DNA of 64,000 nucleotides from an uncultured delta proteobacterium (lineage in GTDB: Bacteria; Myxococcota_A; Polyangia; Polyangiales; Polyangiaceae), in contig CAWKKR010000011.1 in NCBI GenBank assembly GCA_963850305.1, forward strand, positions 160,001 to 224,000, read 5' to 3'. The notes below the pieces were generated by a model that did no database searches, was not told the origin of the DNA, and was given only the letters and a program-made list of their open reading frames with translations. Position numbers and translations under genes: made by a program. Shown here one piece after another: positions 18,692 through 27,966 of this stretch (its first letter is position 1; every line of letters starts with the position of its first letter).

Positions 18692-19042
18692 ATGCGCGTT
18701 CGTTCCCCGATCACTCGGTAACTTGCGGCACTTGACCGATGCGGCCGTTGCAGAATTTGTCAACGCGGATGAGACCACCCGACAACCGGTTCCGGCGTCC
18801 TCGAGCTACGGTGGGCTCGCGTCGAGGTAGCCGCGGTGCGCGGCGCTCACGATGAGGTCGAGCACTGCGCGGCGTGCCTCCGGGCCGCGGTCCCGCGGTG
18901 CGCGCTCGACGGGAGCGACGACCTCGCGGCGGAGATCCGCGCGACCGAGCGCCGGATCGAGCTTTCGCGCTGAGCTCGGCATTCACGTCGGCTCGACATC
19001 GACGTGATGCTCTGATCGATCCACGCGCCCTGAGAGCGCCTG

Positions 19043-19654
19043 CTCACGCAGCACGAGCCACTTCTCACGGCCGACGGACGCCTCCTCACGCAGCACGAGC
19101 CACTTCTCACGGCCGACGGACGCCTCCTCACGCAGCACGAGCCACTTCTCACGGCCGACGGACGTGTCCTCACGCAGCACGAGCCACTTCTCACGGCCGA
19201 CGGACGTGTCCTCACGCAGCACGAGCCACTTCTCACGGCCGACGGACGTGTCCTCACGCAGCACGAGCCACTTCTCACGGCCGACGGACGTGTCATCGTG
19301 GCCGTGAGAGCGCGTCCTCACGGCGTGTGAGGCTCTTCTCACGGCCGACGGACGCCTTCATCACGCTGCATGAGGCTCTTCTCACGGCCGACGGACGCCT
19401 CATCACGCTGCATGAGGCTCTTCTCACGGCCGACGGTCGCCTTCATCACGCTGCATGAGGCTCTTCTCACGGCCGACGGACGCCTCATCACGCAGCATGA
19501 GGCTCTTCTCACGGCCGACGATCGCCTCATCACGCTGCATGAGGCTCTTCTCACGGCCGACGGTCGCCTCATCACGCTGCATGAGGCTCTTCTCACGGCC
19601 GACGGTCGCCTCCTCACGCAGCACGAGCCACTTCTCACGGCCGACGGACGCGTC
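19043..19654. repeat. Tandem array of about 14.5 units of 42 bp (dimer of 21-bp subunits beginning (C/A)TCACG)
   Basis: Six units of CTCACGCAGCACGAGCCACTTCTCACGGCCGACGGACG(CC/TG)TC at 19043-19294; a degenerate half unit; then eight units, mostly ATCACGCTGCATGAGGCTCTTCTCACGGCCGACGG(A/T)CGCCTC, to 19654. Confidence 0.97.
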
Positions 19655-19790
19655 ATCACGGCGTGGCTCACACCCGTCATCGACGCGCGCGGAGCGAGAG
19701 TCCTTGGGGTCGTCGAAACCGGCGGAAGAAGAGTCGTTGGCGCTAGCGGCCGGGTCGATCTCGAATGTGGCGTCAAACGCGAGGTCCTAT
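19557..19790. repeat. Duplicated segment, copy 1 (array end + about 135 bp unique flank)
   Basis: Near-identical to 21180-21413 with a few substitutions; ends ...CGCGAGGTCCTAT. Confidence 0.9.
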
Positions 19791-19880
19791 TGCGCTTCAC
19801 CCGGACGGGCGAGAGCGCTGTACGGTGCTCCTTCACTGGCGGCGAGCGGTGTGAGCTCGACGAGGAGCTCTTCTTCGAGC

Positions 19881-20104
19881 TTATTCCGAGGCAGAGAGTT
19901 CGATGACGAGCCTTTCGATGACGGGGAGCAATATCGGGGCTTCGGCTTCGATGACTCTCCAGACGACCTCGAGATCCACACCGAAATACTGATGGATCAG
20001 CACGTCGCGCATGCCGGCGATGCGGCGCCATGGCACCGCTGGTGCTCGCTCTCGCGTTTGCGCATCGAGCCCTTTCGCGGCTTCACCGATTCACCTCGAG
20101 ATTT
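19881..20104 (-). pseudogene. hepT: C-terminal half of HepT (DUF86, HEPN) RNase toxin
   Basis: NLEV[+1][47 protein letters not shown]...SE*; intact RxxxxH; no N-terminus. Confidence 0.85.
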
Positions 20105-20218
20105 ACGTGCCCGTCCCGTCTACGAGCCCACCGGCCTCGAACGAGGTGACGGCGGAAATCCTCCGGGGTTGAACCGACCTTCGACGACCGACCCACGACG
20201 AAGTAGACTCCGTCCACG

Positions 20219-20464
20219 ATGCACGCCCTGAAGGCCCACGTGAAAAACGGCCGCCTCGTTCTCGATGAGCCGACGGATCTGCCGGAAGGTGAGGTCGTCG
20301 AGCTAGTGCCCGTCGATGAGGTGCTGGCAGGCGGTGGGGACTACCTCGACGACGAGGAGCGGGAACGGCTTCACGACTCTCTTCGGGAGAGCATCGAGCA
20401 GATGAAGGCCGGGCAGCTCATCGACGCCGATGAAGCCCTGGCCCAGCTACGTGCTCACCGATGA
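20219..20464 (+). CDS. Putative antitoxin
   Basis: LKAHVKNGRLVLDEPTDLPEGEVVEL (AbrB/AF2212-like) plus acidic helical tail; ATGA overlap with the toxin. Confidence 0.75.
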   Translation: MHALKAHVKNGRLVLDEPTDLPEGEVVELVPVDEVLAGGGDYLDDEERERLHDSLRESIEQMKAGQLIDADEALAQLRAHR

Positions 20465-20754
20465 AGTTGAGGCTTGCACCGAGAGCCCTCTCGGAAGCCA
20501 AGCGGAAGAAGAGCTGGTGGCAGAAGAACCGGTCGGCTGCACCTGACCTCTTCGAGGAAGAGTTCAACGTCACCGTCCGGTCGATCCAGTCCACCCCGAG
20601 CGTCGGAGCTGTCTACCCGAGCCGCTTCGACATCGTGATCCGCCGGGCGTTGATGCCGAAGACGAAGAACCACGTCTACTTCACGGTTACCGACGACGAG
20701 ATCGTGATCCTCTCCGTTTGGGGTGCCGCCCGTGAACGCGGGCCGAAGCTCTGA
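20461..20754 (+). CDS. RelE/ParE family toxin
   Basis: MKLRLAPRALSEA...PSVG...RRALMPKTKNHVYF...IVILSVWGAARERGP. Confidence 0.85.
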   Translation: MKLRLAPRALSEAKRKKSWWQKNRSAAPDLFEEEFNVTVRSIQSTPSVGAVYPSRFDIVIRRALMPKTKNHVYFTVTDDEIVILSVWGAARERGPKL

Positions 20755-21179
20755 CCCTGCTCGGCACGTTCGAGAAATCTCCGGCCCCCAAAACTTTCTG
20801 GAACGCGGGATCGCCCACGACGAATCCGATTTCGACCCCCTCACGATTCATGAGCATGTGTCCGTTTGACACGGGCTGCGATCCGGCCGCAGTGCGGGCA
20901 CGCTACGAGCTTGATTCCCAGATGCGCACTCCCGAGCTCCCCTTCGTCGACGACGAACCGCCTCCCTCCGCTCGGAATCGTCAATGGGGCCGAGGTCCGT
21001 ACCGGCCCTGCCTGCGCCCGCCAAGCGGTCCGCCACCGTCGGCCGAATTCCCGCGGCCTTCCGAACGGGGTTCGGGTGGCCGAGTAAGATTCCGAACCCA
21101 ATCCCGCCGCGAAACCCGTAGGCGGTTACGGCGCCTTCCGTGGTCGCGCTCGCGGTGTTCACGTGGAACGTCACGTCCA

Positions 21180-21489
21180 CCGACGGACGCCTCATCACGC
21201 TGCATGAGGCTCTTCTCACGGCCGACGGTCGCCTCCTCACGCAGCACGAGCCACTTCTCACGGCCGACGGACGCCTCATCACGGCGTGGCTCACACTCGT
21301 CATCGACGCGCGCGGAGCGAGAGTCCTTGGGGTCGTCGAAACCGGCGGAAGAAGAGTCGTTGGCGCAAGCGGCCGGGTCGATCTCGAATGTGGCGTCAAA
21401 CGCGAGGTCCTATCACGGCACCGCTGGTGCTCGCTCTCGCGTTTGCGCATCGAGCCCTTTCGCGGCTTCACCGATTCACCTCGAGATTT
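21180..21489. repeat. Duplicated segment, copy 2 (about 2.3 array units + flank fused to the hepT middle)
   Basis: Matches 19557-19790 joined to 20032-20104, i.e. copy 1 minus about 240 bp. Confidence 0.9.
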
Positions 21490-21617
21490 CGCACAACGGC
21501 GTCTTGGATCAGGCGCGATTCGAAGAAGACCGCACGCCCTTCTCCCGTGTATTCGAGCACCGCGCGAAGCGCGTCGCGAATGTGCTCGAGGTACGCGAGC
21601 TGGCTCGGCGCGGTCAT
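21413..21617 (-). pseudogene. hepT: N-terminal half of HepT (DUF86) toxin, truncated
   Basis: ATGA overlap with mntA; MTAPSQLAYLEHIRDALRAVLEY...IQDAVVRNLEV[+1]IGEAAKGL...PAVP*; lacks RxxxxH. Confidence 0.85.
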
Positions 21618-21922
21618 GCTCCGAGGGGGCGCGCCTCGCTCAAGATCCGTTCGCGAAGGTACGGAGAGAGCCCGGCCTCGGTCACCACGTCGACCGAGCA
21701 GCGCAACAGATCTTCCAGATCCTGTTTGATCGCGACCAGGTCCAGGAGGCTACGCCCGGGTTCCAGGCGAATGAGCAGGTCGAGGTCGCTCTCCGAATGC
21801 GCATCGCCGCGAGCATGCGAACCGAACACCCGTACCGATTGCCCGCCGTGAGCACGCACGACGCGCTCGATGTCCGTGACGGGCAGGGATTCATCCACGA
21901 TGCGGGGTGCGATCTCCGTCAT
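21614..21922 (-). CDS. mntA: MNT nucleotidyltransferase antitoxin (MntA-like)
   Basis: VRVFGSHARGDAHSESDLDLL...LLDLVAIKQDLEDLLRCSVDVVT...RERILSEARPL. Confidence 0.88.
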   Translation of the reverse strand: MTEIAPRIVDESLPVTDIERVVRAHGGQSVRVFGSHARGDAHSESDLDLLIRLEPGRSLLDLVAIKQDLEDLLRCSVDVVTEAGLSPYLRERILSEARPLGA

Positions 21923-22059
21923 GCCCAATGCACTTTACCATGCCGTCGCGCCCCCGCCAGAGCGCGCCCGGAAGTTCCGTTCCAACGAATCGCGCCTACC
22001 CCATGCGCCGAGTTGCGTCGTCCGGATGCCACGGCCCTCTGGAAGGGGCGCACCGCAGG

Positions 22060-23398
22060 GCTCGCAAATCTCGGTCAATTGCGCGACCGACGGAGGGTCC
22101 TGCTCCGACGCAGGCGGTGCGGAGAGTTTCCCCCCGATGCGGTCACCGTCATCGTCACGGGCTCGTTCGGTCCGAGGCAGGGCGACACGATCCTGTTCAG
22201 CGACGCCTCCGGCAACGTTCTCGGGACGGGCATCACGGGCACCGACGGCGCCTTCTCGATGGTCGTCCCCGCCGGCAGTCAGGCAACGGCGCTCTACAAC
22301 GACAACCTGAACCGCGCGCAGGATCTCATGACGTTCATCGACGTCGCGCCCGGCGACGTGCTGACCGTGTACGATATCGCGCCGGCGGTACCCGTGCTCG
22401 ATATCCCGTCGATCCCACCGTCGCCCCCGGCGGGCACCGAGGAGTATGAGTTCGAGGTGGGGCAGTGGGGCGGCGAGCAGACCTCGTGCGTCCAGAGCGA
22501 CACGTCGCCTCCTTACTCCATCAGCATGCAACCACTGTGCGACCCGTTCGGTCAGTTCCCGCTGCTGGTCATCGCCCTCGACGACAACTCTATCCCTCTC
22601 GGGTTCGCGTCTCACAAGGGTGGCACGTACCGCACGCTCGACACGGGCGGCAACGGCTCGGTCAGCGTCGGGGGAGCGTGGTCGACGTCTCTCGGCAACG
22701 CGACCGTGACCGCCACCAATATCCCGAGCACGCTCCCGAACGTCACCGTCGCGTTCGCCGAGGTTGCGAGCGGTCTGCCCTATTCGAACGCCAAGAGCTT
22801 CTCCACGCCCACCGCCGGCAACACGGCAAGCCAGACCTTTCAGACCCACGTCGGATCTCCGGACTCCGTGATGTCCGAGGCCGTCGTCTCGAACGGCGGC
22901 GACAACGCCCTCCAGGCCATCGCGACGCGCAGCGCACCCCCGGCGACGACGGCCACGACGACGACCACGCTCGATATGTCGCAGTTGCTCCCCGCCATCA
23001 ACGGCATGACCAACACCGCAACCGCGACCGGTGCCACGATCAGCTGGACGTCGGCGGCGCCCATCACGGGCGCGACGGGGACCGTCGTCGTCCTGGAGCT
23101 CGACGGCACGAACGGCACGGGCGAGGAGCAGCTATTCTGGAATGTCGTCGTCCCGCCCGACGCGACGAGCTTCTCGACCCCGCAAATCCCCACGTCCGCA
23201 GCCGCATGGGTGCCCAACGCATCGTTTCACGTCATCGGTCACGTCACGACGATGAAGGGACTCTCGGGGCTCACGACGTACGCGGCCTTCCGCGCCGCGG
23301 CGTCATCGCTGGTGACCACGGCCGGGGCCGTGGGGCCCGTCGTCCCGCCGCTACCCGTGGACGGGACGATGGTAGTGACGGCGTATACCCCGCCGTGA
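22060..23398 (+). pseudogene. 5'-truncated or frameshifted Thr/Ser-rich beta-sandwich extracellular protein
   Basis: Coding-like from about 22135 (DAVTVIVTG...ILFSDASG...GTDGAFS). An upstream SVNCATDGGSCSDAGG stretch lies in another frame across a C-run at about 22130. No signal peptide or start visible. The long 21140..23398 ORF reads through repeat DNA. Confidence 0.55.
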
Positions 23399-23516
23399 GC
23401 GGGCCCTCGCACCAACGTGAGCTCCGCGGGCTGCATCGGCTCGCCTCGTTCCGGGATCTCTGGACGCCCATCCAATCGGATCCGGGCGCCCACGCCCGTG
23501 ATACTCACCGGAGACC

Positions 23517-24377
23517 GTGGCGAGAACCTACCCGACGACCCAGATGTGCGACGGTGAGCTGCTCCAGCGGTTCGAGCCGACCGCCCGAGACAGCGACGTG
23601 TTCGTCACGACGACGGCCAAGTGCGGCCAGACGTGGCTGCAGACGCTGCTGTTTCACCTCAAGACCGGCGGGCGACAGCCCGACTTCGGCGGCGTTGGCC
23701 TCGACGGCGTCTCGCCCTGGCTCGAGATCCCCGCCAGCTTCGGCTTCGGCACGTGGCAGACTCGCGAGGAGCGGCTGGCGCAGCTCGAGGCGCTCGGCGA
23801 TCCCCGTGTGTTCAAGCTGCACGTGGTCTGGGACGAGGTGCCGCGGCCGCCCGGTTCGAAGTCCAGGGTCATCACCATCACGCGCGATCCTCGAGACGTG
23901 CCGTACTCGATGTTCTCCCACCTCCAGGCGATGAAACAGCAGCTGCCGGCGCCAAGCGGCTTCGACGCATACTTCGAGCAGTGGCTGCAGCGCGGACTGT
24001 ACTTCCAGTTCATCGACAGCTTCTGGCAGCACGAGGACGACCCGAGCTTCCTGTGGCTGCGCTACGAGGATCTACAGCGCGATCTCCGCGCCCAGACCGC
24101 GCACATCCTCGGCTTCCTCGGCTGGAAGGTGACCGCCGAGGACGTCGAGCGCGCGCTCCCGCTCGTCGACTTCGCGCACCTGCGCGCCACGGAGAAGACG
24201 CAGGTCTTCGCGCACGCGGCCTCGCACTTCAAGGAGGACGGCCGCTTCTTCCGCGAGGGCGGGATGGGGAAGAACCGCGCGCGCCTGAGCGAGGACCAGG
24301 AGCGGCGTCTCCTCGCCAAGCTTCGCGTCGTCCTGCCCGAGGCCTGCTGCACGCGCGTGCTCGCGCTCGACGAGTGA
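23517..24377 (+). CDS. Sulfotransferase domain protein
   Basis: RDSDVFVTTTAKCGQTW (5'PSB), RDPRDV..S (3'PB), LRYEDL, FFREGGMG. Confidence 0.9.
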   Translation: MARTYPTTQMCDGELLQRFEPTARDSDVFVTTTAKCGQTWLQTLLFHLKTGGRQPDFGGVGLDGVSPWLEIPASFGFGTWQTREERLAQLEALGDPRVFKLHVVWDEVPRPPGSKSRVITITRDPRDVPYSMFSHLQAMKQQLPAPSGFDAYFEQWLQRGLYFQFIDSFWQHEDDPSFLWLRYEDLQRDLRAQTAHILGFLGWKVTAEDVERALPLVDFAHLRATEKTQVFAHAASHFKEDGRFFREGGMGKNRARLSEDQERRLLAKLRVVLPEACCTRVLALDE

Positions 24378-24539
24378 GCGCGCCGCGGAGCGCAAAGGCG
24401 GCCCCAGACGTCTCGCGCGCCGACCGAAACGATGCCGGGCGCTCAGGGCCGTTCCGTGCAACTCTGTGGCCGCGCCGCTGGCGAAGGCCACAGGGTCCGA
24501 GTCGAGCGGATGTCGCTATAGAGGGAAGGAAGACCTGAA

Positions 24540-24695
24540 ATGACGCTCTGTCCAATTGCGCTCGTGGCCGGCTGCAAGAAATGTCCCGCGTTCGCGGTCT
24601 GTCCGCTGAAGACCGTCCTCGGCGATCAAAAGAAGAACGACGATCGGTCGCTCGACGAGCAGCCGCCCGAGCAAACGAAGGCTGGGACGAAATAG
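24540..24695 (+). CDS. 51-aa Cys-rich small protein (not in ORF track)
   Basis: GAGGGAAGGA RBS-like sequence upstream; MTLCPIALVAGCKKCPAFAVCPLKTVLGDQKKNDDRSLDEQPPEQTKAGTK*. Confidence 0.7.
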   Translation: MTLCPIALVAGCKKCPAFAVCPLKTVLGDQKKNDDRSLDEQPPEQTKAGTK

Positions 24696-25081
24696 CGCAG
24701 GCGAGGCAAGAGCGAAACGCGGCTGGTTTCCCGGCGGAATTGCCGGACCGAATCTCGGGCGGCCGAGTGATGCGGCCGACATCCGCAGAGGTTGCCCGCG
24801 TGCATTTGGTCGTCGTGGAAGACGGCGCGTGCCGGTTCCATTCCTTCGTGAGGATAACCTGGTGCTCTTTTGCACCCTCCACGGAGGATATCGGTTCCGC
24901 CGCGGCAACCAAGCTCGGCCAAAAACCAACGCTCTGAACGTGCGAGGTACCGAGAACGGAAGTAGCGAGAGTGATGCGCTGCAGGCGCGGCTACTACCCT
25001 GTGCGGTCGACTTGTCCCAGAGCGAACCACGGCGTGCTAGGGTTGTCGTTGGTTGATCGTTTTCCGAGGGAAGGGATCACG

Positions 25082-26266
25082 ATGCCCGGTGCTCTGGTTC
25101 ATTCGCGACCGTTGGAGGCGTCACGGCCACGAGTCCTCGTGGTCGAGGACGAACAGTCAGTACTGCAAGCGATCACTCGGGTACTTGGAGAAGCCGGGTT
25201 CGACGTGAGCGCTGCCGAAGACGGGGCACGGGCGTTGCGGCTACTCGACGAAGCGCCCTTCGACGTCGTGCTCTCCGACATCTCGATGCCCGGGCTGGAC
25301 GGCATCGCGTTACTCAACGCTGTCCGGGAACACGACCTGGACGTTCCGGTCATCCTCATGACGGGCATACCGGGCGTGGAGTCGGCTGCCGACGCCATGC
25401 GCTACGGTGCGTTCGATTACCTGATCAAACCACTCGATTCGGAGAAGCTGGAAAACACGATCCGTCGAGCCGTGAGCATCGGCGGGCTCGGAAAAGCGAA
25501 ACGGGAGTCGATTCGCATGCTCGACACTGGACGCCCCGAAGCGGGAGACCGGGCTGGCCTCGCGGTGACCCTCGACCGAGCCCTCGACACTCTGTGGATC
25601 GCCTACCAGCCGATCGTGGAGGCGGCGACGCGCAACATCTTCGGGTACGAAGCCCTGCTTCGAAGCAGCGAGCAAGCTCTCCCGCATCCAGGGGCCGTTC
25701 TCGACGCGGCCGAACGGCTCGGGAGGCTCGACGACGTGGGACGCACCGTTCGATCGAAGGCACCGGAGCCCATGGGCCTTCTGCCCCCCGCGCCGCTGCT
25801 CTTCCTCAACCTACATGCGAGCGATCTGAACGACGAGATGCTCGGCGACGCATCGGCACCGCTGACCTCGATCGCCCCTCGGGTCGTTCTGGAGATCACC
25901 GAGCGTGCGTCCCTCGATGGGGTCACGGACGCACGCTCCAGGGTGACGAAGCTCCGTGAGCTGGGTTTCCGAATCGCGATCGATGACCTCGGAGCGGGGT
26001 ACGCGGGTCTGACGAGCTTCGCCTTGCTCGAACCTGAGTTCGCGAAGCTGGACATGTCGCTGGTGCGGGATATCCACAAGAATCCCGTGAAACGGAAGCT
26101 CGTGAGGTCCATGAACGTGCTGTGCAAGGACTTGGGGATCGCCGTCGTCGCCGAGGGCATCGAGACGGTCGAGGAGCGGGACACGATCATCGATCTGGGG
26201 TGCGATCTGCTCCAGGGGTACCTGCTCGCCAAGCCCGGGAAGGCATTTCCCGAGGTCCGGTGGTGA
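25082..26266 (+). CDS. Response regulator with EAL c-di-GMP phosphodiesterase domain
   Basis: REC (VEDE, SDISMPG, KP) plus EAL domain (YQP, EALLR, FLN, EITE, IDDLGAGY, KLD, EGIE, QGY). Confidence 0.92.
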   Translation: MPGALVHSRPLEASRPRVLVVEDEQSVLQAITRVLGEAGFDVSAAEDGARALRLLDEAPFDVVLSDISMPGLDGIALLNAVREHDLDVPVILMTGIPGVESAADAMRYGAFDYLIKPLDSEKLENTIRRAVSIGGLGKAKRESIRMLDTGRPEAGDRAGLAVTLDRALDTLWIAYQPIVEAATRNIFGYEALLRSSEQALPHPGAVLDAAERLGRLDDVGRTVRSKAPEPMGLLPPAPLLFLNLHASDLNDEMLGDASAPLTSIAPRVVLEITERASLDGVTDARSRVTKLRELGFRIAIDDLGAGYAGLTSFALLEPEFAKLDMSLVRDIHKNPVKRKLVRSMNVLCKDLGIAVVAEGIETVEERDTIIDLGCDLLQGYLLAKPGKAFPEVRW

Positions 26267-26315
26267 CGGTCGGGTCGTGCGACAAGCTTTCCGGACGGGG
26301 TCGCTGAACGGGCCG

Positions 26316-27449
26316 TCATCGGCCGTACATCGCGGCGGACTCGCGCGCGTACAGACGGAGCGTCGCCACTGCGAGCGACATGACGACGGGCCCCACGACC
26401 AGCCCCTTCAGTCCGAATACCTGCACGCCGCCGAACAGGGCGATGAACGTCACGAGAGTCGGCACGGCTTCGTCCCCGACGAGCCGCGGTCGAACGACGT
26501 ACTCCGATACTCCGACGACCATCACGATCCCCCACACGAGCTCGATGACGCCGCGCGCGGGGTGTCCCGTCGCGAGCTGATAGATGCCGATCGGCGCCCA
26601 CACGAGGAGCGTTCCCACCCCGGGGATCAGGGACGCGAGCGCCGTCGCGATGCCGAAGAACACCGGCTCCGGCGCGGACGTGAGCGAGAACCCGACGGTG
26701 GCGAGGACGCCCTGCGCGATGCCCGTGACGACGGTGCCGAGGAGCGTCGCTCGCCCGACACGCTGGAACTCCTCGAGCAGCGCGCGCGTGTATTGTGGGC
26801 GGAGCGGAGAGAGCACCTCGAGCTGCGAGATGACGCTCTCCCAGTTTCGCAAGATCAGATGCATGGAAAGGAGCGCGAAGAACAATCCTAGCAAGCCGCT
26901 CGCGGTCGCTTCCGCGACGACCTGCGCGACGGCCGCAGACGTGCCGGCGATCGACGACGCGGCATCGCGGAGCGAATGCTGGAGAGAACCGACGGAGAGC
27001 CCGACGCGCGAGAGGAGATGCGTCGCGGACTTCACCGTACCCTCGAGGGCGCCGCCGGGCCCGAGCGATCCGAGCAACGAACTCGTGAGCGCTACGCCCC
27101 GCGTGATGAAGAACGACGCGAACCCCGTCACCGTCGCGATGATGGCGAGCGCAGAGCCGAGCACCGTCGCGATCGAAGACAGCAACGGGCGCCCCGTGCG
27201 CCGCTCGGCGGCTTCATAGAGCGGCTTCAGGGTGAATCCCATCAACGCCCCGAGCAACAGACCGGCGGCAACCGGTAACGTCAGCCACGCGACCGCGACC
27301 ATGGCGATGAGCGCGCAGAACCCGAGCGCCTGGTTCTCGCGAGAGAGACGCCGCTCTCGCGTCCTCTGTGAGAGAGGCCCCGCCGCTCCGGTGGGTGAAC
27401 TCGGAGGGTCCCGCGGGGAGGGCGCGTCTCCCTTGTTCAGAATCCCCAT
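26316..27449 (-). CDS. AI-2E family transporter
   Basis: Multi-TM; AQGVLA..GF, IPGVGTLLVWAP, EYVVRPRLVG, FGLKGLVVGP. Confidence 0.9.
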   Translation of the reverse strand: MGILNKGDAPSPRDPPSSPTGAAGPLSQRTRERRLSRENQALGFCALIAMVAVAWLTLPVAAGLLLGALMGFTLKPLYEAAERRTGRPLLSSIATVLGSALAIIATVTGFASFFITRGVALTSSLLGSLGPGGALEGTVKSATHLLSRVGLSVGSLQHSLRDAASSIAGTSAAVAQVVAEATASGLLGLFFALLSMHLILRNWESVISQLEVLSPLRPQYTRALLEEFQRVGRATLLGTVVTGIAQGVLATVGFSLTSAPEPVFFGIATALASLIPGVGTLLVWAPIGIYQLATGHPARGVIELVWGIVMVVGVSEYVVRPRLVGDEAVPTLVTFIALFGGVQVFGLKGLVVGPVVMSLAVATLRLYARESAAMYGR

Positions 27450-27952
27450 CGGTAGGCCGCCTCCAACATGGCGCCGTAAAGCGGGAACTTCAACCCGTCA
27501 TGAAGCGCCGCGAGGCCATGAACTTCCACGCCCGCGGAGAGCTCCCGTGAGAGCAGGTAGTCCACACCGAGCTCAGCCGACGCTCCGGGGACACCGCCGT
27601 GAATCCCGTCGGCGCCGCCCGGACCTCCGAAATGATAGTAGCCACCGGAGAGACCCGCGTACGGCACCCAGCTCAGCACGTCCAGCTTGTAGGCCAGGCC
27701 GAGCGAAGCCCCAAGGACATCCGCGCCGGATTCGTGATGCGACCCCTCGAGTTCGAGCCTCACGTCGAGCATGTCACCGAGCCCATAGACCGCATCGAGA
27801 CCCAAGGCCGGTCCGACTCCTCTGCCCGAAAGCACGTCGACGCCCGCCATGCCGCCAGCGCTGACCTCTCCGTCCGCGGCCTGCGCGCGGATGGCGACGG
27901 TCAACCCAAAAACACAGAGAGCGATCCGAACCGTCTGATGCGCGCGCTGCAC
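27437..27952 (-). CDS. Small outer-membrane beta-barrel protein
   Basis: Signal peptide AQA; alternating beta strands; YKLDVLSWVPY; C-terminal YRWGF. Confidence 0.75.
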   Translation of the reverse strand: MQRAHQTVRIALCVFGLTVAIRAQAADGEVSAGGMAGVDVLSGRGVGPALGLDAVYGLGDMLDVRLELEGSHHESGADVLGASLGLAYKLDVLSWVPYAGLSGGYYHFGGPGGADGIHGGVPGASAELGVDYLLSRELSAGVEVHGLAALHDGLKFPLYGAMLEAAYRWGF

Positions 27953-27966
27953 GGGACATGCCGAGG

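Noticed and set aside
19043..19654. CRISPR array
   Set aside because: The intervening sequences are near-identical rather than unique spacers, the period is only 42 bp, and there are no cas genes in the window.
18847..20231. Multiple repeat-derived ORFs on both strands
   Set aside because: Open frames are expected in a stop-poor 42-bp repeat; no start context or homology singles one out. Kept only as an alternative hypothesis for the array.
15030..22100. Prophage or integrative element
   Set aside because: No integrase, intact transposase, tRNA attachment site, terminal repeats or phage structural genes were seen.
21140..23398. 752-aa protein starting in the repeat
   Set aside because: The first ~330 codons read through the repeat and antisense to hepT/mntA; only the 3' part looks coding.
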